Shown: positions 17,322 to 26,624 of the stretch, piece after piece
Numbering within the stretch: position 1 is the first letter of the stretch
How the letters are laid out: each line of letters starts with the position of its first letter
From: Sphingomonas sp. 67-36
Lineage (GTDB): Bacteria > Pseudomonadota > Alphaproteobacteria > Sphingomonadales > Sphingomonadaceae
Length of the DNA stretch: 64,000 nt
Direction of reading: 5' to 3'
Assembly (NCBI RefSeq): GCF_001897375.1
Contig: NZ_MKSU01000002.1
Span: 29,040 to 93,039, forward strand
Program-made: the position numbers and the translations under genes
Notes under the pieces: generated by a model
What the model saw: only the letters and a program-made list of their open reading frames with translations
What the model was told of the DNA's origin: nothing
The model's database searches: none

Positions 17322-20300
17322 CTACCTGTTCTGTTCGCGCCGCGACAGCTCGGCCAGCCTAGGATCGTCCCGGACAGGTTCCTGCGCCTTGAGCGCGTCG
17401 AGCGTCCGGCGCGTCTCGTATGGCCACAGCCATGCGTCTTCGGGGAGAACCTTCCACAACAAGTCGAGGAGCTCTCGCGGATGCTGGGAGGCGATCCCTT
17501 CCTCCATGTCGATGAAGTGTCCCATTCGCACCGCCTGACCCGCGACCGCATCGAGCAGCGGTAGGATCGCATTGACGATCTCGACGAATCTGTCCGGCAT
17601 CGCCAGCGCCATGTCGACCAGCCTGCCTGACGTCTGAGGTGTCCGGACGGACCGCTGTCGTGGCCACACGCGTTCCAGGAAGGGAAGGATCCGGTCGCCC
17701 CATTTCGAGTCGGGCTCGTTCGACCACCGCTGCAGATACCACAGCATCTGGGTCCGCAGTTCGTCGTCGGCGTGAATCAGCACCTCGCGCAGTTCCACAT
17801 CGGGGATGAGCGCGTCGTCGTCGGTGGGGTCGTCGCTGCCGGCCCAGCCCGCGAGCAACATCCCGGCGAGCTTGTTGGCGTGGTCCCGGCGCTTCGCACC
17901 CGATCTAGCCAGCGCGATGAAGCCAGGCTTGAGGCGAGTGTAGAGCGGAAGCTGCGGCGTCCGGGCCGCCCAGAAATACCCTCCCCAGAAGGCCTGGGCG
18001 TCGGCATCGTCTCCGTCGGCGACAGTCAGCAGTCGTCTTTCGGTCCAGTCCGGGTCGATGAAGTAGAGCCAGTTCGAGTGCGGCGCGGTCATGGCGATCG
18101 CGTGCCGGCGCGCGTCGCCGGGGAGCGCGAGGAGCTGATCGAGCCGGGTCTTCCACTCGGCAGGCAGACCCTTATTCGAATTGAAGTCTGCCTTCGCCGG
18201 ATCCTTGAAGAGGGCATCGACCATGCGGCCGGCCGGCTGGTTGAGACCGTCATCGACCCATCCGGCGTCCGCTCGTCTGAACCGGTCCTTCGGCGGGTGG
18301 GCCGACAACGCGGCGACGAGCAAGTCCCACACCGCCTGGAACACGTCGGGAAGGTTGGTCAGTAGCCAAGTGGCGCGGTCGCAAATCCATTCGCTGACGG
18401 GATGCTGGAGCTCCGCGACTTTCTGCGGCCCAAGCCTGGCGAGCCGCGCCGCAATGGCGGTCAGCAGGCGTCGGTTGGGTTCGCCCTTGGCGGTTTCGTG
18501 CAGGAGAGCGGCCCATTCCCGCGCCGGAAACTCACCTTTGCGTGCGGCATCGGTCAGCACCGACAGCGCGAACGCGGGACGCCTTTCGGCCAGCCCGGAG
18601 AAGGGCCGGTGGTCGATGAAGGTCTCGAAGTCGCGGCCCGAGGCTTCGCGCACGGCGGCCAGCACCTCTCCGACCGGGAGCCCCTCCAGAGGAGTGGGGT
18701 CGGTGTCGGTCGGAATGCTGCGGACCTTGCCTACGTTCGGCTGGGCCGTGCGATCTGCGAACCTGGTCTCCCAATCGGGATTGTCTTTGCGCAGGTTGGT
18801 CATCTCGGCTTCCAGGCCGAAACCGAACTTCACTCCTTGAGCGCTCAGCCATTGAAGGCGGTTGAGGCGGTAGTGAGCCTTGATCCTGGCGAGATCGTCG
18901 CGGGGCTCTGGCCAGGGGAATGAGCCTGTCAGCAGACGGCGCTCGAGGTCCTGTCGACTCTTCGCGTCTAGGTCCGTCCATCTGTCGCGCAGTGCATACA
19001 GAAGGTCCCGTTCCTGCTGATCGGTCCAGAACGACTCGTCGTCGAGAGACAGAAACACCTCGGCGGCCTCGTGCGGATCGAGGATTGTGGGCTGGCCCGC
19101 CGCCCAGATCCGGAGGCGGTCGAAGACCGGATTCGAACCGGCCGGCCAGCGGCCGAACTCCTCCCTCGCCGCCGCGCGGTCGGCCTCTGCCAGGCGGACC
19201 ATCATGTTTACGAACGTCGCGAGGAGGCCGGTCAGTTGGAAACCGTCCTCGTCAGGCTGTTCTCCATCGTCCGCCCGCGTGGTGTCGAAGTAGATCCGGT
19301 CATGTCCGCCGATCTCGCGTTCGAGGACGATCGCATGCTCGATCTGGGCTCGAAGAAGCTGCAGCGCATAGCCGAGATGCTCCGGCGGGATGACGAGCGG
19401 CTCGTGCGGTCTCGGATACTTGACGTCCGGCCTGAGCACGTTCCCGATCGCCACTTCATCCTGGCCCGGAGGCAGTCGCGTGAGGATCGGCGGCTCGACG
19501 GTCAGCAGCGGACGATACATGTCGATCGTCGACCTGACCGCCGCCGTCGACCAGCCCGACTGGGCGACCACCGCCTCGATCTCGTAGCGCTGGCGATTGG
19601 GGTCTGGCGGGTCGGTGCGCCACGCGGCGATGAGCAGGCGCCATGCCTCTCGGATGGTCGCCGGAAAGCGATCCTGCTGCTGGCGCAGTGACCATTCGAG
19701 ATGCGACACGACGTCGGGATGCAGACCGTGCTGGTGCGCCGCCCACCAGATTGCGGCCGGCTGGTGGGCGACGCGGACCAGATACGCTCCAAGATGCCAG
19801 AGGCGGGTCGGCAGCTTCGAAGGGCGGCCGGCATCCGGACCCCGCAGCCGACCCGTCGCGTCCGGTGCCAGCCGCTCGCGATCGGCTTCGGTGGCGGCAA
19901 GCAGATCCCAAGCGTCCGCCGGAGCCTCGCGGCTGGAGAACCGGTCGTCGGGATCGGTCGTCGGTGGTGGTCGATCCGAGTCGAGACTTAGTAAATCGAA
20001 CGGATCGACGCGCTCGCTTCCTTCCACGTGAGGGTCTCGCGGGCCGGGAGGCGCGTAGCGCCTCTTCGGATCGAAGACGCAGAGCCATTCCGCCGGAAGA
20101 GGCGTTCCCTTGTCCGCCAGCCGCCGGGCGCCGTCGCGCGTCGCCGCAACGTGGGCGACGATACCCCGCTCGTGGGGCTGGAGGGCGCCCGGGCCGGCGG
20201 CCGCCATGGCGATGACCCTCTCGTGCCAGGCGTCCACGTCGCGCGCTCGGTCCGCCCATGCCCGCAAGGTCTCCCAGAGCGCAAAGTGGCCGTTGGCGCT

Positions 20301-21119
20301 GTCGTATGCGATGGGCTGCACGCCCTTATGCTTCCATTGCGCGGCGGCCTGGTCGATGCTGCCTGACTGGAAGGCGTAGAGGTCGTTCGGCCTGTCCTCC
20401 TCCCGGCTGAGCGCCTCCAGAAGATACTGGACCGGCGGATCGTCCGCCGAATACCCGACGAACACGATCTTGAAGCGTTGCAGCAGCGTCCGGATGTAGC
20501 GGGTTGCCCAGCCATCCGCGAGATACGCCCGGCCGAAGTCTGCGCTCGAAAGAACGAACTCGTTGTCGCAGGCGCGGCTATACTCGGCATCGACGCGGCC
20601 ATGGATGTGGATGACGCCCCTGAAGTCCGCCGGGCGCCGAGGATCGGGCAGATGCGGCGGATTGAACGAGCCGAGACCGGGGTCGCAGTCCTCGAACAGC
20701 CGGTCGAAGTTAGTGGTGATCAGCCTGACGACGTCCGCCGGATCGCGTGACAGGTCGAGCAAGGTGCGATGGGCGCCGAGCCCATGCCCGTGAGGAGGAA
20801 CCAGGGCCTTAGCGACGGCCTGGCGCACCTCTTCGGGGTAGAACTCCTGCTCTAGTAGGCCGAAGATCCGGTCGGTGGCGACGACGCCGGTGAGGCCGGT
20901 CGCCTTCTCGAAGTCCTGGCTCGCCGAGAACAATCGTCTGGCCGGGCTGTCGAGGGCGGAGCCCAGAGAGGACAGCACCCGGCCAGCAAGGCTGGGAAAA
21001 TTCGGCAGGTGTGCCTCAGCTTGCGAGACGCCCGCTCCGCAGAAGAACAGGACATGTCCGGCGTCGCGGGCGGTCAGCAGCTCGTCGGGTAGTTCCGGAC
21101 CGTCGGCAATAAACCTCAT
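17322..21119 (-). CDS. SIR2-like (SIR2_2 type) NADase-domain protein with a C-terminal helical region of about 950 aa; DSR-like single-gene defence candidate
   Basis: N-terminus LFFCGAGVSQ (Rossmann Gly loop), ITTNFDRLFE (Asn137), IHIHGR (His171/173), VFVGYSADDP. 1265 aa; no Walker A motif noticed by eye. Confidence 0.75.
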   Translation of the reverse strand: MRFIADGPELPDELLTARDAGHVLFFCGAGVSQAEAHLPNFPSLAGRVLSSLGSALDSPARRLFSASQDFEKATGLTGVVATDRIFGLLEQEFYPEEVRQAVAKALVPPHGHGLGAHRTLLDLSRDPADVVRLITTNFDRLFEDCDPGLGSFNPPHLPDPRRPADFRGVIHIHGRVDAEYSRACDNEFVLSSADFGRAYLADGWATRYIRTLLQRFKIVFVGYSADDPPVQYLLEALSREEDRPNDLYAFQSGSIDQAAAQWKHKGVQPIAYDSANGHFALWETLRAWADRARDVDAWHERVIAMAAAGPGALQPHERGIVAHVAATRDGARRLADKGTPLPAEWLCVFDPKRRYAPPGPRDPHVEGSERVDPFDLLSLDSDRPPPTTDPDDRFSSREAPADAWDLLAATEADRERLAPDATGRLRGPDAGRPSKLPTRLWHLGAYLVRVAHQPAAIWWAAHQHGLHPDVVSHLEWSLRQQQDRFPATIREAWRLLIAAWRTDPPDPNRQRYEIEAVVAQSGWSTAAVRSTIDMYRPLLTVEPPILTRLPPGQDEVAIGNVLRPDVKYPRPHEPLVIPPEHLGYALQLLRAQIEHAIVLEREIGGHDRIYFDTTRADDGEQPDEDGFQLTGLLATFVNMMVRLAEADRAAAREEFGRWPAGSNPVFDRLRIWAAGQPTILDPHEAAEVFLSLDDESFWTDQQERDLLYALRDRWTDLDAKSRQDLERRLLTGSFPWPEPRDDLARIKAHYRLNRLQWLSAQGVKFGFGLEAEMTNLRKDNPDWETRFADRTAQPNVGKVRSIPTDTDPTPLEGLPVGEVLAAVREASGRDFETFIDHRPFSGLAERRPAFALSVLTDAARKGEFPAREWAALLHETAKGEPNRRLLTAIAARLARLGPQKVAELQHPVSEWICDRATWLLTNLPDVFQAVWDLLVAALSAHPPKDRFRRADAGWVDDGLNQPAGRMVDALFKDPAKADFNSNKGLPAEWKTRLDQLLALPGDARRHAIAMTAPHSNWLYFIDPDWTERRLLTVADGDDADAQAFWGGYFWAARTPQLPLYTRLKPGFIALARSGAKRRDHANKLAGMLLAGWAGSDDPTDDDALIPDVELREVLIHADDELRTQMLWYLQRWSNEPDSKWGDRILPFLERVWPRQRSVRTPQTSGRLVDMALAMPDRFVEIVNAILPLLDAVAGQAVRMGHFIDMEEGIASQHPRELLDLLWKVLPEDAWLWPYETRRTLDALKAQEPVRDDPRLAELSRREQNR

Positions 21120-21962
21120 CGAAGTATACTAGGCGTCGAACGCGTGGTGCGGGAAGTCCGGCGTTTTAAAATATCGATTTCGGTGATGCCGATACGGTAT
21201 ATTGCGAGCAGGCCAGCAGCTCTTACTAAACGATGTCGGCATTCGCGTTAGGTCACTGGATAAACGCTGACCGTAAAAGGCCTACGCCAGACCCACCCGG
21301 CCTAAACGGAAAGCCCTACCTCGAATGTCTGCTTCGCGACTATCTCGTCCAAAAGCTGTCTGTCTGGAAGCGGCCCAGCTTCAGTCGTAACGCGACGCCG
21401 CGCGGACAAGCGTTGAACGTCAGCTTCCGACAAGAGCCGACGTTCAAGCTGTGGCATGGGAACGACGGGTTTGTCCCCAGATCCAGCCATTCGGATAATT
21501 GCGAAGCCGCCTGGCAGCTAAGCGCCCCAATAGCGGCCATTCAATCCGATGAGGCACGGCCCCGAAACTTGTCGTTTGTTCGTGATGCGCGGCGCGATGA
21601 CCGGGGCCGGCTGACTTTGGATCCGCGTCAACGCCTGGTTGCTAAGCGTACACTCTCCTGTCAGATCGATACATGATGACGGGGTTAATCGAAAAAGACG
21701 AGAAGGGCGAAACTGTCGTCAGACCAGTGCGGTGGTCAGAGTTTTCGCTCGCGGAGATCATCAAACCGTCATCTTTCATATGCTGGTGGCTGGATCGTTC
21801 ATCGCAGTTTATGCGGTCATCCTCATAAGCGCCCGTGAGACGGGGCTGTACACGCGGCTCCGAGTCTTCGGACGAGTTTTCACGACGTTCGAACACCCCC
21901 GCTGGGGGAGTGTTGGCGACGGATCAGCGCTGCGGACAAAATTCGCCCAGTATGCGACCCTG

Positions 21963-22199
21963 ATGCTCGGTCTTTTCTTATCGCTATGCCTGGCTAGTTG
22001 CTCGAAGCCGCCGCCGGATCGGCCCGGGGTGCAGCAGGATCAATTCAAGCCAGCCTATTGGCCGGTGTCCTTGCTCAAAGGCGTCTATCTCGGGGGTGTG
22101 CGATGTTCCTCTGCAACTTGCCGCGCGGGCGATGCGTCGCGGGCTTTCCTGAGGACGGCTGTTGGGTCGAGTTCTCCAAACGCGCTTCTGATCAGGTAA
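21963..22199 (+). CDS. small lipoprotein-like ORF, possibly broken
   Basis: MLGLFLSLCLASCSKPPPD carries a lipobox (L-A-S-C). A protein-like continuation sits in another frame (22103-22363), suggesting a frameshift. Confidence 0.25.
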   Translation: MLGLFLSLCLASCSKPPPDRPGVQQDQFKPAYWPVSLLKGVYLGGVRCSSATCRAGDASRAFLRTAVGSSSPNALLIR

Positions 22200-22428
22200 C
22201 CCGTATCATAAAGCAGCGGGATCGGCGTCTATATGGAGAGTATTGGTTTGAAGGAGCGGGTCGAGTGGCGTGGCAACCAGGCAATTTTGGTCATCTGGGG
22301 ACGTACAATTGGCACCTGAAAGCGGCCACTGGTGGAATCCGCGCTCTTCACGTGAGACCCTGACAAATCGTTCCGGATCGAAGTGGAACAAATGGCGATC
22401 ACGCAACACTTCGTGCTAGATCGCAACG

Positions 22429-25400
22429 ATGATCAGCGACGAACTTGTATCCCAGGATGACCTCGACCTCGAAGACGTGTTCGCCATGCTCGGCGCCTTC
22501 AGCGGTGGGGGTTATGGCGGGCTCGACCAAATGCTTGGCAAGCGGCCTGACATCGTCCGTCGGCTGCAGGCATTGTCGCCGCAGGCAGCCACCACCTTCG
22601 GCGCGCTGTTGACGGTTCCAGAGCTGCAGGCGAGCTCGGCGCGGATCGAGGCGATGGTCCATTTGGCCGTCGCCTATGCGCAGGGCACGCAAGCGCCGAG
22701 CAGCCGCCTCACGCACGACCTTTACCACCATGTCGGGTCGGTCGCCGGGCATCTCGAGGATCCGGCCGAGGATCTGATGATCGAGGCGGTGCGCGGTCCC
22801 TGGGGCAACTTCCGGGTAGTTGCCGGCCTTTGGGAGGGGGGCGGCTTCTTTTTGCAGCGCTTCCTCGATGTCATCGCCCATATGCCCGAAGGCGAACCGT
22901 TCGAAAGCGTCCAGCGGCCGGTCATCGCATTGCTCAAGCTGTCCGAAGAATTATGCGCGCGGGGCGGTCTCGCACGGCACGCACTTGGTGCCGAGATGCC
23001 GCTCAGGGCGGTCGCGAAGGAGCAGCTCGGCAGATGGATGCGGGGCCGATCATGGCTCTCCTTCTCCGACTCCGACCTCGATCGGCTGGGGATCGTTCCG
23101 GACGATCTTGCACCCTTCGTGTCGACCACCGCCGACAAACCAGTTTTGTTGTCGAGCGCGCTCGGCAACACGGTGCTCGAACGCCGCCCGCTGATCGCAG
23201 CCGGCGGCGAATATCATCTGGTCCTTCCGAACGCTGTTACCGCTGCGATTCGCTACTGGGTCATCGACGCGCTCACCCGCCTAGGCCGCCGCACCGACCT
23301 CTGTCGCGCGCTCAGCCTCAGCTACGCGCAGCTGTTCAACGAGATTCAGCTGCTCGGCGGCGCCTCGAGTGCGGTGCTTGACTTCGAGCCCGACGGTGGC
23401 GCGTTGGTCGCCGAAACCATGATCCGGTTCGACACCGGGCGGACCATCCACTTCCTGTTCTTTACCGACACGCTCGATGACATCGACGAGACGGGCCTGT
23501 CCGGCCTCAACCCGGCGGGCGTCACGCTTGGCGAGATGTTCGAGAAACGGATCGCGGCGCGCTATAGCCAGGCCGCAGGAGACCCCGATTACAAGGAAGG
23601 CATGACGCTGCTGGTCGGCTGCGGCATCGGCCGCGCATCTGCAGTCTCGTTCGGTGGTGACGATCATCCCGGTTGGCGGGTTGAGAGCTGTCCTGCCCAT
23701 GACCTGCTCGCGCTGAGCCTGCTCCACCGCTTCCGCACCGCCAATCTCTGGCGAATCCTGGAAGCGCGCGACCGCATCCGGTCGCTTGGCCTGCGCTTGC
23801 CCAACGTCAATGGCTTGCTAAACCTCGTCTCTTGGTCGCGATCGCTTGGCGGCCATCTCGTACCCCATGCCGAGGTTCCCGAGGCCTCGGCCGGCGGCGG
23901 TACTGTACTACTGATGGCCCAGAACGGTCTTCGCGAATTGCGGCAGGAGGCGGCGCTTGAAGCCGATTTCCGTGTCGGACGGTTCGTCGATGGCAATTGG
24001 CTGCGGCTTCGCCGCGACGCGCCCTCTGTGTTCGACGATGACCGCCGCGCTCCCGTCTATGGCAGCGAGGATCCGGGCCGGCATGACAAGCCGATGATCG
24101 CCTACGTCTCCGACCACCGGGACTGGTGGGCGGATGTTGAAAGTCCCGAGCAGGCCGGCGGCACCGTCGCCTATGAGCGGTGGCGGATGGCGAGCGTCTG
24201 GCTGTCGCGTGCCGCGCCGCGGCTGGAGCAGAAGCTAGATCTGCCCGCCGGTCCGATACTGTGGGACCTGATCTTCGAAGGCGATCTGAGCGATCGCCGT
24301 CTCGTGCACGATCGGCTGACCTATGACGCGGCACGGGCCGCGATCCGGGTTGAGATCGACCCTGCTCGATCGACGATCGTCACCCGCATCGGCAGCGACT
24401 TCGACAAGGCGCTGTTCCACCCGCAGAACATCGCCGAGCGCGCGCTAGTCGCAGCGCTAATTAGCGGCGCCGCCCAGCTCGCGGGAGAGGTCGATCCCGA
24501 CGCGATCACGGATGCGCTGCTCGGCGAGATCGTGACCAGTCCGGAAGCGCGGCACAGCCATGCCTTCGCGCAGCGCAGCTTTCGCGATCATGTCCGCACC
24601 CATGATGCGGGCAACCAGCTCATTCGCATCACGCGCGAGGATGATGCCTATACGCGGCTCAATCTCGGCTGGAGCGTCCGCGAACGGTCGGAGGGCGCGA
24701 CGATCCTCGGCAAGGCCGACTGTACCGCGTTCCTCAATGCGGTCGTCACGCATCTCCAGGACGAATTGCTCGAGATGCTACGAGGATATGACCGTCGCCA
24801 GATGCTCGAGCGCCTGCTGCGCAATCATGAGCTGGCTATCGACGACCGCGATCGGTGGACGCGGACGTCATCGGCGCTGATCGCGCTCCATGGCCGCACG
24901 CCTGAAACGCTCGCTCGCCTGATCAAGGCCGAGCAGAGCTTGAACGCCGTCTTCCAGGCGACTCGCATCCTCGTCGAGATGGCGATCTGCGAATGTCCGC
25001 TCGCCGGCGGCGCGCGACCGGGCCGGCTCGACATCTCGCTGTTGATGGCGAAGTCGACCCTCCTGTTCGAGATCGGCGGCTGGTCCGACGCAGTGCGCTG
25101 GGACGTGATGAAACCCGATATTCGGATCACGCCGCTCGGCGACATCCATGCCAATTTCGGCTTCTACGACGAGATCATCATCCCGCACGCCAACGCCACC
25201 GGTGAAGAGCGGATCGAACGAGCGATCACCGGCTATGCGAAGAACCTGGAGGAGCGACCGACGTCCGAAAGCGTGCAAGGCGAGCTCGAGCACGATTTTG
25301 CCGAAGCCTGGGTTGAACAGATCGGGGCAACGATCGACGAAGTCCGGCTGTTCGTCGATTCCGTCGAACAGATAGGCATCGAAGAGGATGCGCAGGTTAT

Positions 25401-26211
25401 CCGGGTGACGCGCGACCGCTTTAAGGAAATGCGGGTCGGCGATGCTTCGATCGGTGATGTGACGGCCGGGCGCATCCTCGCGACCCTCACGCTTACCTCG
25501 CGCGATAGTTGGCGCGACGTACCACAGGGCTTCGAGGAGCGGGATCGCCATCCGTGGCGCTTCCGGCGGCAATTGTCATTCCTGCGCCGCCCGATCCTCG
25601 ACTGGGATCCTGCCGGCGACATGCTGCTCGTCGCGCCCGGCATGCTGCGCGACAGCCTTGTCTATATGTATTCGCTCTACGAGAGCGGCGACTTCCCCGG
25701 CAGCCAGCTCACGCCCAAGATGGCGGCCTGGCGCGGGATCGCGAACGGGCGGCGTGGCACGATATTCGCTGAGGAAGTGGCCGAGGCTATGCGCGCCAAT
25801 GGATGGCACGCCGAGGTCGAGGTCAAGGTGACCAAGCTGCTTCGGCGCGGTTTCGACAAGGACTATGGCGATGTCGACGTGCTGGCGTGGCGTGACGACG
25901 GCCGCGTACTCGCGATCGAGTGCAAGGATGTCCAGTTCCGCAAGACGCTAGGCGAAATGGCGGAGCAGCTCAGCGATTTTCGCGGCGAGATTCGCTCGAA
26001 CGGCAAGCGCGACGAGCTGCGTAAGCATCTGGACCGATTGGAGGTCATTCGGAAGCACCTGCCGCTAGTCGCCACCTATGTTGGACGACCGTCGCTAGAT
26101 GCGATCGAGAGCCATCTCCTGTTCCGCAATCCAGTCCCGATGGAGTTCGCGCTCGCCAGGATGGCGGGCCAAGTCCAGGTGAGCAATTTTGGGGCGATAG
26201 CGTCGATCTAA
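22429..26211 (+). CDS. 1260 aa protein of unknown function with a C-terminal PD-(D/E)xK (restriction-endonuclease-fold) motif
   Basis: FAEEVAEAMRANGWHAEVEVKV...YGDVDVLAWRDDGRVLAIECKD (D1150, E1164, K1166; AAG for K1166 at 25924-25926). The N-terminal ~1100 aa show no motif I recognise. Confidence 0.7.
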   Translation: MISDELVSQDDLDLEDVFAMLGAFSGGGYGGLDQMLGKRPDIVRRLQALSPQAATTFGALLTVPELQASSARIEAMVHLAVAYAQGTQAPSSRLTHDLYHHVGSVAGHLEDPAEDLMIEAVRGPWGNFRVVAGLWEGGGFFLQRFLDVIAHMPEGEPFESVQRPVIALLKLSEELCARGGLARHALGAEMPLRAVAKEQLGRWMRGRSWLSFSDSDLDRLGIVPDDLAPFVSTTADKPVLLSSALGNTVLERRPLIAAGGEYHLVLPNAVTAAIRYWVIDALTRLGRRTDLCRALSLSYAQLFNEIQLLGGASSAVLDFEPDGGALVAETMIRFDTGRTIHFLFFTDTLDDIDETGLSGLNPAGVTLGEMFEKRIAARYSQAAGDPDYKEGMTLLVGCGIGRASAVSFGGDDHPGWRVESCPAHDLLALSLLHRFRTANLWRILEARDRIRSLGLRLPNVNGLLNLVSWSRSLGGHLVPHAEVPEASAGGGTVLLMAQNGLRELRQEAALEADFRVGRFVDGNWLRLRRDAPSVFDDDRRAPVYGSEDPGRHDKPMIAYVSDHRDWWADVESPEQAGGTVAYERWRMASVWLSRAAPRLEQKLDLPAGPILWDLIFEGDLSDRRLVHDRLTYDAARAAIRVEIDPARSTIVTRIGSDFDKALFHPQNIAERALVAALISGAAQLAGEVDPDAITDALLGEIVTSPEARHSHAFAQRSFRDHVRTHDAGNQLIRITREDDAYTRLNLGWSVRERSEGATILGKADCTAFLNAVVTHLQDELLEMLRGYDRRQMLERLLRNHELAIDDRDRWTRTSSALIALHGRTPETLARLIKAEQSLNAVFQATRILVEMAICECPLAGGARPGRLDISLLMAKSTLLFEIGGWSDAVRWDVMKPDIRITPLGDIHANFGFYDEIIIPHANATGEERIERAITGYAKNLEERPTSESVQGELEHDFAEAWVEQIGATIDEVRLFVDSVEQIGIEEDAQVIRVTRDRFKEMRVGDASIGDVTAGRILATLTLTSRDSWRDVPQGFEERDRHPWRFRRQLSFLRRPILDWDPAGDMLLVAPGMLRDSLVYMYSLYESGDFPGSQLTPKMAAWRGIANGRRGTIFAEEVAEAMRANGWHAEVEVKVTKLLRRGFDKDYGDVDVLAWRDDGRVLAIECKDVQFRKTLGEMAEQLSDFRGEIRSNGKRDELRKHLDRLEVIRKHLPLVATYVGRPSLDAIESHLLFRNPVPMEFALARMAGQVQVSNFGAIASI

Positions 26212-26250
26212 GATGCGCTGGGGATCCAATCCGTAGTCGAACCCCGCATC
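26212..26250 (+). terminator. hairpin immediately after the stop of the 1260 aa gene
   Basis: GATGCG(CT)GGGG ... CCCCGCATC followed by CCAGTTTC; the T-tract is weak. Confidence 0.3.
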
Positions 26251-26437
26251 CCAGTTTCGATGCAGCAAGCGGCCGCGTAGCGTCGTTGCCCAATCTTAGC
26301 GCTCCGCTTTCAACGCCACGCTGGACGCATTGCAGACGACCCCGGGTTCCGCGCACGATGCGGGCGAAATACCTTTCGGCGACGTTGGATCACGTCGCCA
26401 GAATTACGGGTGGATCGGCTTGGTCAAATCACACATT

Positions 26438-26542
26438 CTATTCTTCCGGCGGCCTGCGTCCGCGCAGCGAGGCGATAAGGGCGGCTCCGCCGAGCAGAAG
26501 CTGGGCGAAGGCGGTGAGAGTGGCAGGATCGAGGATCGTCAT
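26438..26542 (-). CDS. 34 aa hydrophobic peptide (MTILDPATLTAFAQLLLGGAALIASLRGRRPPEE)
   Basis: Below the ORF-track cutoff. ATG at 26542 has GGAG 8 nt upstream. One predicted TM helix plus a basic tail. Lies 82 nt downstream of the 26625-27677 gene on the same strand. Confidence 0.35.
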   Translation of the reverse strand: MTILDPATLTAFAQLLLGGAALIASLRGRRPPEE

Positions 26543-26624
26543 GACGAAAGCTCCGACTGTGAGGCCGAAGCTTCAGCATGGATTTCGTCACATCAACCTT
26601 GGCATTTGTGTCACAAAAGCTTGG

